Shown: one piece after another, positions 44,104-57,600 of the stretch
Numbering within the stretch: the stretch's first letter is position 1
How the letters are laid out: the number at the start of each line of letters is the position of its first letter
NCBI GenBank assembly: GCA_951406725.2
Contig: OX597816.1
Location: forward strand, 140,244,001-140,308,000
Source: Octopus vulgaris
Lineage: Eukaryota
DNA length: 64,000 bases
Direction of reading: 5' to 3'
Translations under genes and position numbers: made by a program
Notes under the pieces: generated by a model
What the model was told of the DNA's origin: nothing
What the model saw: only the letters and a program-made list of their open reading frames with translations
Databases searched by the model: none

Positions 44104-44419
44104 GTTTTACTTCTCAGAACGTTCGGTCTTGTTTGTTCTGGTAGATTCTGTGAGAGCGGACAAAAGCCTGTTGTCAGATTGCACTCTGGACGAAATGTTT
44201 AGTGATATTTCGCCCGTCGCTACGTTCTGAGTTCATATTCCGCCGAAGTCGACTTTGTCTTTCATCCTTTCGGGGTCAATAAAATAAGTACCAGTTGAAC
44301 ACTGGGGTCTATGTAATCGACTAGTACTCTTCCCTCAAATTTCAGGCCTTGTGACTTTAGTAAAAAGGACTATTATTATTTTCATATACACTCAACAGAT
44401 TAGACTGTTGGAAAAGAAA

Positions 44420-45478
44420 AAAAATCCTACCATCAGGTTACAATAAGTAACTTTAGATGCCAAGAACCCTCCTATCAGGCTACAACAAGTAACCTTAGAT
44501 GCCTAGAAACCTCCTATCGAGCTACAACAAATAACCTTAGACCCCAGAACCCTCCAAAGTGTCCTAGCTGTACCTAATAACACTGTTTTCTGGAGCTGTA
44601 CTAAACTGGGTTTTATGCCTATTTCCTCTATCCATCTGTTCAGATCTTTTGGGATAGTTCCCAATGCACCTATAACTACTGGGATACAGTTTACCCACAC
44701 TTTCCATAGTCTCTGTAATTCAACAGCTAGGTCCTGGTACTTTGCTATTTTTCGATACTTCTCAAATTGATGTTTACATCATTTGAGACTGTAAAGTCAA
44801 TTATCTGGCGCTTTCTATTCTCTTTATCTACTACTACCAAATCAGGCCTTCTAGTTTCTACTACTCTGTCAGTCTGAATGTTAAAGTTCCACAACATCTT
44901 ATATTTCTTACTTTCTAGTACTTTACTTGGGTTCATGTTCATGCCATTTATCAGTATGTTCAAATTCTAGCTTTCTACATAGCCCCCAGTAGATTGCTTT
45001 TCCTAAATTGTCATGTCTTGTATTCTTTCTGTGCCAGCATGCTGCATTCACTTACTATGTGAGTAACGCTTTCCTCCTTTCATTTTCGTTATCTACATTG
45101 GGAATCTACTTGGTTTTTGTCTATCTTGGCTTTTATCCAATTAGTCCTTAACACTTGATCTTGTGCAGCTACTAACAAACTTTCTGTCTCCCTCTTCAGC
45201 TTTCCTTTCTGCAACCATAACTATGTCTCACTACTACTATTTGCTGCAACTATCTATGGGAATATACCATACAACGCCTTTTCTTGCCAGTCAGATCATT
45301 TCTGTTCTTTTTTCTAGTTTTTAACTTCGTTTTGTTTTCCCTGTCTTGTTGTGACTCTAGCAGCTTTTAATAAACTTTCTTCACTATTACCTACATAGGA
45401 GTCTATATCAACTCTAACTCCACGTAGTCTTCTACTGATATTAACCCTCTTCCGCCTTATTTTCTAGGTAGGTAGGTA
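44420..45478 (-). mobile_element. R4/Dong-like 3' fragment next to (TAA)n
   Basis: LWNFNIQTDR..RRPDLVVVD, PVVIGALG, LQKTVLLGTAR. Confidence 0.85.
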
Positions 45479-45489
45479 TAATGATGATG

Positions 45490-45559
<70 letters not shown>

Positions 45560-45560
<1 letters not shown>

Positions 45561-48330
45561 TTGTATGGTCGACCTAAATAGGCTTAAAAGACAGGGACCC
45601 GGTTCCTAGAAGCTGAACGCGTCACTTCTGGCGTGACAAGCTTACAGCGACCGGATTAAAGAATTAGGTAAACGGGCGTTGACGGGGTCAGCCTTAAATC
45701 ACAAATGGGGGCATTCCTTAAAAAGGGCAATTAGAGTAGACTAAGTTAGGTTGAGGAAGATATTAGTAACAGAAAGAAATAAAATAGAAGGGAACTTAGA
45801 AGAGGCACTTAGGAAAGACATTCCAACCGACGTGCTGGTGGCGAGACTGGCCTTAGACCAGTTCTTCAAAGCTAAACATGAAGATTGCATTGTCAGAGCT
45901 AAGGCAGGCACGTGCACTAAGACAAGAAGGAAACAAAGTCGCTCAATGGGACCGAGTGACAGAGGCGCAAAGCCAAAATTTGGTGTTTGGTGGGCCAAAA
46001 TGGGCGCACAGTAGTCTAGCCCAAGCAGATGTGCGCGGCGTTTCAGCGACACTACGCCCAATGTTTTGGGATGAATGGCAGTCTGGAATGCAGGATGGAC
46101 TTCAGAACCTACCGCGACAGCATGCCACAGCTCTCGGAGAGGGTGGGGGCGGAGCGTTGCGAAATACCCATAACAGCCGCAGAAATACGGGATGTAACGA
46201 TAGGTTGCAAGACAGGCAAATCGCCTGGTTTGGATGGTTTGCCCTACGAGCTTTGCTATTATATGCCAGACTTGTTTGGCGGCCTCTTAGCAGATAACTA
46301 ATGCAACTGACACCAGAACGAAATAATTCCTAATTCCGTGAACCGAGGAGCGGTAGCACTGCTGAGATAGGACCCAAACAAAGGGAACGAAATAGAATAT
46401 TTTGGGCCCATAACGCAGCTGAATGCAAATTTCAAAATTTTGGCCAAAGAGGTTGGCGTGTGTCGTCGAGGAACTGATTGGTGATGCGCAAACATGCGCA
46501 ATCCCAAGTGGATACGTCCACGACAATCTCTGTCTCATGCGATATATAATTGACAGGGTGGGTAAGGAAGCTCGTATGGGTGGGGCTCAGATCAATTTGG
46601 ATCAATCCAAAGCCTTCGATAGGGTTGACCACCAATACTTGGCAGCTGTCCTCATGGTGGCCGGTTTCGATCCCGTTTTCCGTGGTTGGATAGCTGCTAT
46701 GTACAGGGACATTTGTTCGGTGGTTCGGTTAAATGGTTACCTCTCAGAAGCATTCAATTATGTGTTCGGTCTGTCAAGGATACTCACTCTTATCTCTTCT
46801 GTATGTACTGGCTTTAGAACCACTACTGAGGAAATGAAAGGCGTTGAGAGGCATCCCGCGCGAATTAGGACATGGGTGAACTGTGTCGGCATACTCAGAT
46901 GACATCACTGTCATAGTGTCGAACAATAAGTACATAGACCTGGTCGGAATATGAGGCGGTAACAGGAGCAAAAACTAATCAGAAAAAAGTCAGTGGGCCA
47001 GTAGCTCGACACCTGAAAAGGCAAATCCATGCCGTCCAATAACGTCATGGGACGCTGGACGGAAGGACCAGTTAAATTGCTCGGGTTCAGGTTCGGTCCA
47101 GATCTCCAGCTGGAGAAGAACTGGGACGAGGCGACGAGCAGGGTGGCCAATATCACTCAGTAATGGGCCGAGAGAAAGGTATACTTGAAAGGTCGGGCAG
47201 AGATGGCGAACACATACATCGCCTCTGTCATATATTATGACTGGTCAGGCACTCTATTTGCTGTCAACACCCGCTGAACGGAGGGCTGGACACACCGTAG
47301 CTGTTGATGCGCAGATAAGCGCTGGGGCTGCGACATCTCCAGCGCTTCCTAAATGGTGAGCAGGTGTGGTCGCCTTTTGTCAGACACAAATTCTCACAGC
47401 TTGTCTCTTTGTCGGAGCCTCAGTCCCGGATCAAGCGTAGACCGAAGCAGGGCACCTGGTACCTAGAATGTCATCAGGTGCTCATAGTCCTCTGTCTGTC
47501 GGACAATCCGGTCGATGGAAGTTCCACTTAGGCTGTCTGTAGAGGGTTATTGGTGGACAAGTGCGACCGACGACGTTTTCAAAGAAACTCTAGACGTCGA
47601 CAAGAATGAGCTGGCTAGTCTGTTCCGGAGGAGTCTCGGGCCGGGGCATATGGATAACTTCCAGAAATCCCTGGCATAGCAGTGCCACCGGGGAGCATTG
47701 GCGATTCGAGATAAAATCTTCAGGCATGGAAGTGCTGTCTTCAGGAATGGAAGTGCCCGAGATGCACGCAAGAGCGACGACGCTGTTCTGCACGCTCTCG
47801 TCCAGCACTTCTGATTTGTGGATTTATGTCGAACACCTTTTGCCGCGTGTAGGATGGGTCCAGTTATCGACTGAGTTCACCAAGAAGATCGCTCTGCCAC
47901 TTTCCTTTGGTCGGGACGGGCAAGAAGTGTTTCTTTGCCTGACGGCCTTAGCGAAAGGGGTTATGTGGTGGACAAAGTTGAAAGGGCTGAAGACAGACAC
48001 TATCTTCTTTAGTCAAACTTTCATCAACTTTTTGTTAAAAGGTGGGTGTATGTAGTGCGAATGGTCCGAGTGAACGGGCCTATTCTAAGCATGCGGCTCT
48101 AGATAAAGGGTAGAAGAAAAGGAGAGGGCACTTGCTCAAGAGATCAGGTTTATAGTGGTTTTTGTGGATTTTCCACGTACAGCTCTTGGAAGTCTCCCTT
48201 TTTTTGCTGATTTTACTTGTTATAACTTATATTGTTTTTCTTTATTTACACGTTCCAATCCCACTCGTTTTGTATTGTCCTATACCATCCCCCAATCTTT
48301 TATAAGAACCTTCAGTAGCCAAAAAAAGAA
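45560..48330 (+). mobile_element. Tx1/L1-clade LINE, degenerate RT and 3' end
   Basis: KSPGLDGLPYE, QTCAIP, INLDQSKAFDRVDH and AYSDD (YADD box) motifs; many stops; A-rich end near 48320. Confidence 0.85.
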
Positions 48331-48354
48331 AGAGATTATTAATATTATTATCAT

Positions 48355-48990
48355 TTGAGACGTCTCACCGTATCCAATACCATGATGTTGTTGATTGAAG
48401 ATATTGTGTCTACTGGGGTTTATACTGTCTGTCAAGTTACTAGGATCTCAGACAGACAGTACTTTACGCAATATGTATGCCGTTCCAAGTAATGCCGATT
48501 TTTTCAATACACCTAGATTGTAGGGTATTTCTAAAGTTTGCAGGTGTTTTTCCATGTTGGGTAGTATTGAACCCAATGCTCTGATGACAACAGGGTCAAC
48601 CTTTATGTTTGACTCTCGTAGCTGCACATCTTGGCGATCTCAATTCTCAGGTTTCTATATTTATCAATCTTTCCTCTTTCTTTTGATCTCCTGGCACTGC
48701 CACGTCAAATATTAGGTACTCTTGTTTGTCCTTCCTAAAGGTTACTATATCCGGCCTTCAGTGCTCTAACACCTAGTCTGTCTGGAAGTCAAAGTTCCAG
48801 TGGATTTTTGCCTTCCCCTTTTCGTCTATTACCTTTCCAGGTGTATGTCGGTACTAAGCACACATTAACTCATATCTATATTTCCGACATTATAGACAAT
48901 GGAGGTTTGAGGCTACCTTGTCGTGTCTAAGCTTGTACTATTTCTGCCAAAAATTTTCACACGCACTAACAACGTGAGCCATGCTTTCGC
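48355..48990 (-). mobile_element. R4/Dong-like 3' fragment, degenerate
   Basis: Minus strand: AHVVSAC, RHDKV, HWNFDFQTD, PDIV, IDVAVP-like, LLGTAYILR. Confidence 0.75.
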
Positions 48991-48994
48991 ACGA

Positions 48995-49262
48995 TCAAGG
49001 TCATAGCGGAGAGAGAACGCATCTCACCTATGGAAGCAGTATTCTGGTACAATATGTCACTACAGTCAGGACAGCCTGAAGAGTCCGTGCCACACAGATC
49101 GATATTCAGGTATGAACGGCGTCACCCGAGTACATCAGAATGCCTTATGGAAGAGAGAGGGCCTGCGTTCGTGCAGATAGGAGATGAAGTCTGGGTCGAG
49201 CCCTCGAAGGCACGGTGCACGGTGCACATTTCAGTGGAACAGAAGAACAGTGACAACTATTA
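48995..49262 (+). mobile_element. Possible LTR-retrotransposon (Gypsy-like) integrase C-terminal fragment
   Basis: EAVFWYN...PH..IF.Y...IGDEVWV resembles integrase C-termini; short. Confidence 0.4.
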
Positions 49263-49279
49263 ATTCCAAAAATAATGGA

Positions 49280-50410
49280 TCGATGGGATCGATGTAATCG
49301 ACTAGTCCCCTGTTCCCAAATTTCAGTCCTTGTGTCTTAAGTAGAAAGGATTATCATTATTTCTTTTATTTCTTTATTCCCCACAGGGGGCTAAGCAGAG
49401 GAGACAAACAAGGACAAAGGGATTAAGTCGATCACATCGACCCCAGTGCGTAACTGGTACTTATTTAATCGACTCCGAAAGGATGAAAGGCAAAGTCAAC
49501 CTCGGCGGAATTTGGACTCAGAACGTAACGGCAGGCGAAATACCTATTTCTTTACTACCCACAAGGTGCTACACATAGAGAGGACAAACAAGGACAGACA
49601 AACGGATTAAGTCGATTATATCGACCCCAGTGCGTAACTGATACTTAGGATCTTTTCGGTTTGAACGGCATTTTTTTCTAGCGGTGTCATATGAAATTGT
49701 CACCCATAATTTTGACCCTAGCATCGATCTATTGCATTTCAATCTGATTTAGGGTTAGGGTTAGTTAGGATTAGTTAGGGTACGGGCTAGGGGTGGGGGG
49801 ATGGTATCTTTTTTTCTTCAGAAATGTAAATAAACCCAATCTGTTTCTTAAACGAGGGACATATTCACACGGCACAGAATGTTTTCACCTCAATAGACGT
49901 TATTGATTGGTTGAAATTGCAGAAATTGAAGAAAAAAAAACAACAAATATCTTACAAACTATAGAATTTTCTCAATAAGGCCAAGAGAAATAGATGTTTT
50001 ATAAACACATTCTACCAGTATACGAATTTTAAAAGTGTTTAGTTACGTGGAAATTATTTTAAAAAACTGCCGTTCAAACCGAAAAGATCCGGTACTTATT
50101 TAATCGACCCCGAAAGGATGAAAGGCAAAGTCGACCTCGGCGGAATTTGAACTCAGAACGTAGCAGCAGGCGAAATACCTTTTTCTTAACTACCCACAAG
50201 GGGATAAACACAGAGGGGACAAACAAGGACAGACAAACGGATTAAGTCGATTATATCGACCCCAGTGCGTAACTGGTACTTTTTTAATCGACCCCTAAAG
50301 GATGAAAGGCAAAGTCGACCTCGGCGGAATTTGAACTCAGAATGAAAGACAGACGAAATACCGCTAAGCATTTCGACCGGGGTGCTAACATTTCTGCCAG
50401 CTCGCCGTCT
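49280..50410. mobile_element. SINE family 1 copies, mainly a minus-strand tandem array, interrupted by a MITE
   Basis: Reverse complement of the ~185-bp unit seen at 21.3-22.0 kb. Confidence 0.85.
49648..50090. mobile_element. MITE (443 bp) with 23-bp TIRs and 8-bp TSD
   Basis: TIR GGATCTTTTCGGTTTGAACGGCA at both ends; TSD GATACTTA/GGTACTTA derived from the host SINE. Confidence 0.9.
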
Positions 50411-50458
50411 ATCATTATTATTAAGGCGGTGAGCTGGAAGAATCGTTTGCCCGCCGGT

Positions 50459-50857
50459 GTGTGTGGTGATGTTGAACTTATTTAGCTATTCAGTCGGCAG
50501 ATGTCAAGGATGGGTAGTACATTCTTTTGTTCGATCTCATTTAAGGCATGACTATCTTCTATGAATTCTGAAGTAAACAGATCAGCCGGTACAGCCACTA
50601 CAACCATAAGCTGTTGGGGTTCATTATCTGAATTAATAAATGATACATTTAAAAGGTCACCCTAAGAAAGTATCATTTATCAATTCAGACAATGAACCCC
50701 ATTAGCTTATGGCTGTAGTAGATGTACTGGCTGATCCGTTTACTGCGGAATTCATTGAAGATAGTCATGCCTTAAATGAGATCGAACAAAAGAATGTACT
50801 ACCCATCCTTGACATCTGCAGACTGAATAACAAAGTGAGTCCAACATCACCACACAC
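50459..50857. repeat. ~400-bp imperfect palindrome (fold-back/MITE-like)
   Basis: Arms of ~190 bp are reverse complements (cagatgtcaaggatgggtagtacattc / gaatgtactacccatccttgacatctg); short central spacer. Confidence 0.9.
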
Positions 50858-51125
50858 CTACCCCCTTCCCCATATAACTACCATTCCTTCTTCTTTTCCA
50901 TTACCACATACTCCAATTACGCTCATTAATGCCCTTTATGTTAACCAGCCAGAAGTAACAATCTTCCCTGTGATCCCTTTCTTCTATCCGGGCATAAGAG
51001 GAATGATATGCATGTACAAGAGAGGAGATTGTGTTGGTTTCGTCATGTCCTTACGAAGGAGATAACAGAAGACTGAGATATGTGGCACATTGCAGTACTC
51101 AAGTAGACCTGCCCACCAGAACAGA

Positions 51126-51506
51126 AGCAATAATAATTCTCTAAACGAGATTTAGACAGTAACTGCTCCATAACATAAGGGACATTAGCCATTTGAATGT
51201 GGCTAGGGACAGGGCAGGGCGGTGGGGGTGTTACTGATGCATTTAGCCCCAGGCGATCAACTACGTCACCAGATAGGCTGACACCATCACGGTGTCCTCT
51301 ATCCTGCAAAGGGAGATCATTCCCCGAAGTTACTGTCTAAATCTCGTTTAGAGAATTATTATTGCTGTCGAACAGATTTTCGAAATCAGTAAATGTATTT
51401 ACGTGAAAATCTATATATAAATATCCTGCACGGGAAGTTGTTCGTCGAGGAGCGGTGCCTGCCATACGTTGATGATAGGCAAATACCTGTCGTGTAAACA
51501 GCATTG

Positions 51507-51510
<4 letters not shown>
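51126..51510. mobile_element. Divergent relative of the 39263-40101 structured unit (forward piece plus inverted piece)
   Basis: Shared blocks gcaataataa..ctc..aacgagat, cagtaactgctc, tagccattt..tggcta, ggtgttactg..tttagccccagg, tgcaaagggag, aggtatttgcct, actgatttcgaaaa. Confidence 0.8.
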
Positions 51511-51549
<39 letters not shown>

Positions 51550-51553
<4 letters not shown>

Positions 51554-52451
51554 GATCCATAAAGTCTCTTTACAATTCTAGAATTTTATTACAAAGGCAG
51601 TTGACAAGATATCTTAACCAGATTTGTTTTATTGTAAAAATTGTTTATTAAAGTTTTTTTTAACTGTTATTTAATAGACCTCAATATGGGCACCATTAGT
51701 TGCGCAAAGCACATCCAGACGATACTCGATTTCTTGCTATGTTCCCTGTAGGATAGCCTCATCAACGGTGGTAATGACATTACGAATCCTTTGCTTCAAG
51801 TCATCTTTGTTTGATATCTTTTACATAACCCCATAAAAAGAAGTCCAAGGCAGTGATATCTGGCGAACGTGGTGGCCATGGAATTGGCCCATCCCTTACA
51901 ATTCATCGGTCTGGAAATGTTTGATTAAAGAACTGATTAACATGCCGTTCCCAATGTGGTTGTGCACCATCTTGCTGGAAAATGATGGTTGGTTGTAAAT
52001 CAATCAGTTGTGGTGCCAAATATTCGGTCAGAAGGTCGAGGTAAACATCTGCAGTAATTGTTGCCTTGTTGAAGAAAATTGGACCAATTATTCGATTGCA
52101 CATGATTCCACACCACACATTCACTTTTGGACTATTCCGTTAAAACTCCCTAGTTACATGGGGGTGTTCTGATCCCCAGATTCTCACATTGTGTCTGTTT
52201 AATTTCCCTGAAACATGAAAAGTCGCCTCGTCACTAAAGCAAACTCGTTTGAGGAATGTTTCATCCTCATTTTATAGGGGTTCAGTGAATCAGTTCCCTT
52301 CCATCAACAGAGTATCTGAAACACAAAAATGTAATACCAATAAAAACTTTAATAAGCAATTATTAAAATAAAACAAATCTGGTTAAAATATCTCATCAAC
52401 TGTCTTTGTAATAATTTTGTTAAATTGTAAAGAGACTTTATGGACACCCTG
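51550..52451 (-). mobile_element. Tc1/mariner-superfamily DD41D (rosa-like) element, internally deleted; left arm of inverted duplication
   Basis: TIRs containing ccataaagtctctttacaatt in TA context; FSDEATF, VWCGI, FQQDGA and WPPRSPD motifs. Confidence 0.88.
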
Positions 52452-52476
52452 TATGTATGTATATATATATATATAC

Positions 52477-52564
<88 letters not shown>

Positions 52565-53622
52565 TAGAAGAAATAAGGTACTCAGAAATCTGGATGGTTT
52601 TATATTTACAGATATTTATTAATATGTCACATGTTTTTATAAATCATATATCTGAAGACTCCACTAAAGTGGACGTAAGCGCTAATATATATTTATGAAA
52701 ACATGTGACATATTAATAGATATCTGTAAATATAAAACCATCCAGATTTCTGAGTACCTTATTTCTTCTAATATATAATACCTGTACATCATCTCCAACC
52801 TTCTAATTTTATAACACAAGAAATATGCTCTAAAATTATTGGCCGCGGCCTACGGGCTAAAACATTTTTAAGGATTTAAGGATATAAGAAAAAAAAAATT
52901 TAACATATTTAATTTAACTTATTAATACCAAAAATTACTATTTAATGATTAACTATAAATTTATGTTAAGTTTGTATAGAAATATATAAATATTGAATAA
53001 TTTCTCTATTCTCCATTTCTCTATTGTGTAAAATAATGAAATTATTCTAAACTTACTTTTGTGTGCGTGTGTGTGTCTGTGTGAAAATTCTCTAAAACGT
53101 TCCTATGTATATAAAAATAACACTGGGTTTATGGTTGTAAAATAGTTAAGTATTATAAGTTCTACTCTTCCGGCAAATTTTACTTCAACGAAATCTTGAT
53201 TTATGACTCTGCCACTTAAATTGACCTTTTACACTATTCATAAAAGTTAGATTCTAGTTTTCTATTAGACTTGATAAACAAGTCTATAACTTAGAACTAA
53301 ACCCCCACCCCCCTCTTAGTAAATCAGAATAACAAAATAAAATCAATGATAAGTAGTGTCTTCCTGTGAAAAAATATCAGTTAGAACTATGATGTTGTTG
53401 ATGAAACATGTTCTTTGTCTATCTACTTATCTTTGTGATTGTGGATAATAAGAAAACTATACAAATGAATCCTTCGAATTTAACTAAATTCTATATCTTT
53501 ATCCAACTGAAGATTGCTCTACATTAAAAAATTGATGTAATATTCGCATTGCTCAATTAAATGGAGTCGCATGAAACGATCGTACTGCATTACCTCTGGA
53601 TATCCTTGTTGCTTATTTTGAT

Positions 53623-53654
<32 letters not shown>

Positions 53655-54239
53655 TATGATAGAAATGGTAAGACAACAAAAGAATGAAAGAGACCTCGAT
53701 ATTATGTAAATAGAGGAATTTATCTGTAAATATAATATGTGACAATTATTCGGTAGCCATGATAAAACTCCGTTTCGGATGTCGGGGCGGAAAGTCACGC
53801 CGCCATTTCTTCAGTTATCCGGCCATCGAAAAAAATGCTATGAAAATTACCGTTAAACAAAGGGAAATTACTGTGTGATTGACCGTTATTAAGACAAAAG
53901 AGCTAATAGAATGACCGCTAAGTGAGGGGAGGGAGTAAAGGTAAGGGGTAAAAATGTTCATTGTATTCGCGTAAGCGCGTATGTCCATGCCTACACATGC
54001 GCGCCCGCACACACACGCACAAAAAGGGTTCATGCACACGTCTATATAAGCACATGCACACAAAAAAAAGCTAAAGGCAAAATACTGAAAAATGTGTAAA
54101 AAATGTGTAAAATTAAGCAATACACATACACACACACATATATATACATATATATATATAACAAGAAACCATGATGGTCCTCTGGAAGACACTTGTCCTA
54201 AGCCACTTTGACTATTGCTCTCAGCTATGGTCACCATCC

Positions 54240-54619
<380 letters not shown>

Positions 54620-57600
54620 GGGGACCTTGCCACAGAGACACGAGGCAGATGGACAAACCATCAACACAAGGAAAAGGGATGGACCACGCACCACCTGCCC
54701 CAAAGCGGAGGTTCGCAGATGTTGTGCGTGCCACAAACCGCCAGCGTGATGTTGTCGAAAGGGCAGCTGCTGAGCAGCAATCTTTTTTGTGCATGGCACA
54801 AAAGATTGTACAGCAGCTGACCTGGCTTCATCAAACCCAAGCCCGCAGGTGGGACTACCCACTATATACAAGACCACCACAGCAAACAGACCCAGGATGG
54901 ACACCGCCGGCAACAACATACACCTCACCTCGATGCTCCTACTGAACATCAGAGGGCTGCAAACACTCAGTAACAGGACAAAAATCCCGTTCTTGAGAGA
55001 CTTTGTTGCATGCAATCAAGCCTTATGCATAGCACTTACGGAAACGCACCTGAAACCGGACACATACCGGAGTTACACATACCACAGTATGTTGTACTAC
55101 GGACCGACAGAAAAGAAAGGAGTCATGGAGGAGTTGCTATGTACATCCGTGAGGACCTCACACCCCAGGTCCTCTTGTCATACTCAAACTCGGTGTGTGA
55201 CACATTAATTGTACATATAAGGCAACTTGATGTAGTTGTGTGTGCTACATATCGCCCTCCAGATGCCCCAAGCCATGTGGGCAAGTTTGAAGACTGCCTT
55301 ATAAAAATAGAAGAAGTTCTAATCACATTAGAACAACACATAAGTGTACTTCTTATGGGAGATTTCAATCTACCCAATGTCAGATGGCCCGAGGGCCTTT
55401 CTCTCCCAGGAATGACAAGATGTGAACGAGGACAGGCGAGGTCCCTCCTGAACCTCATCAACACCCTGTACATGGAGCAGGTAATACTCCAACCAACCAG
55501 GGCAGGTAACACACTGGATCTCTGCTTCACAAATGACATGGATCTCATCCATAATGTGAAAGTGACACCGACACTACTCTCGGATCACAACATGATAGAG
55601 CTGACCATGTACGGGCCAAAAGAGAGCACGGACATGCAGCCTACAAGAAACCCTCAGAATCTTTCCAGCTTGAACTACCATAAGGCAAACTGGAAACAAA
55701 TTGAGAAAGAGATCCTCAAACAAAACTGGCCTAAATGTCTCTCCTCGCCAGACATCGACGTGAAACTTCAACAATTCATGTCTGTAATGCAAGCCATATG
55801 CTACAAATGCGTCCCAGAGAGAAAGGCCACTGTACACAAGAACAAAATCCCCAGAGAGAGGAAAATTTTAATGAGACGGCGTACAAAAATTTCAAATCGC
55901 CTAAACAAACAGATTGAAAGCAGTGAAAAGTCCCGCCTAAAAACTGTTGGAAATCGAAAAATGTCTGCAACTCTCCCATGAAAAAGAAAGAGCAGACAAA
56001 GAAGCCTGGGCTATAGACAACATAAAATCTAACCCCAGAGCTTTCTACAGGTATGCCAAAGAAACAGCTACGGTGCACTGTAGAATAGGGCCACTCCTTG
56101 AAAAGGATGGCACACTTACAGGAAAACCAATGAGGGTAAGTGAAATACTGAATGAGCAATTCAAGAGTGTTTTCACTCCACCCTTGGGCATCTCCAAATC
56201 ACCAATCCAACTGACTTCTTTACCACTGCAGATATAAAATCAGAGGCGGCGACGATAGATTACATCGATATAAAGGAAGACGATGTAATCAAGGCTATAG
56301 ATGAAATGAAAACAGACTCAGCTACTGGCCCCGATGGATTCCCGGCAATCCTCCTAAAAGCATATAAGAGAGTCCTAGCAAGACCACTGCAGTTCCTCTT
56401 TCAGAGCTTCCTTGCAGCTGGCAAACTTCCAAGAAAACTGAAGGAAGGTAAAATATGCCCCATTCATAAAGGAGGTAGCAGAGCGGAGGCCAAGAACTAC
56501 AGACCTATCTCTCTGACCTCACACATCAGCAAGGTCATGGAACGAATAGTCAGAAGGAAACTGATCACCTTCCTTGAAGAGAATGACTTGCTGCCCGACA
56601 CCCAACATGATTTCCGACCAGGGAGAAGCTGTTTAACTCAGCTCCTACAACACTATGACTGGGTGCTGAAACGGCTGCTCAACCACTCAAATGTGGAAGT
56701 GATATATCTCGACTTTGCAAAGGCCTTTGATAAAGTCGATCATGGAATGATATGTCACAAACTGCGTGATCTCAACATAGTTGGAAAACTGGGAGAATGG
56801 CTTCATCACTTTCTGAAAGATAGAAGTCAGGTGGTAGTAGCCAATGGGGCCACTTCCATTAACACGCAAATAGTGAGCGGTGTTCCGCAGGGCACTGTTC
56901 TGGGACCACTACTGTTCATAATGGCCCTCTCAGACATGCCCTCAGCCACGCAGAGAGCCACAATCACAAGTTATGCAGATGATACAAAAGTTTCACAGGC
57001 AATACAGAACCCTGAGGACACTAAACGCCTGCAATGTGAGCTGGACAAAATATACAAGTGGGCTGAAAAGAATAGCATGCAGTTCAATGCTGAAAAGTTT
57101 CAAGCTTTATACTATCAGCATGTAAAACTAAATGCAATACCCAATGAATACACTGGACCCGGAGGAATAGCAATCCCAGAGGCACAATCAGTGCGTGACC
57201 TAGGTATTTACATGAGTGATGACGCAACCTTTCGTGTACATGTTGCTAAATTGGCAATGAAATGTAGACGACTGGCCGGATGGATCCTCAGAACCTTTAG
57301 AACAAGAGAACAAGAAACCATGATGGTCCTCTGGAGGACACTTGTCCTAAGCCACTTTGACTACTGCTCTCAGATTTGGTCACCATCCAGTGTCAAGTTG
57401 ATCACAGAGCTCGAGGCGATCCAACGTAGCTACACGAAGAAGATAGCCTCTATGCAGAATGTAAGCTACTGGGAAAGACTCAAGAGATTAAAACTATATT
57501 CCTTGGAGCGTAGGCGGGAAAGATATGCCATAATATACATCTGGAAGATCCTGGAGGGACGTGTCCTAAACTTTGGCATCGAGAGTTACGTAAATGCCAG

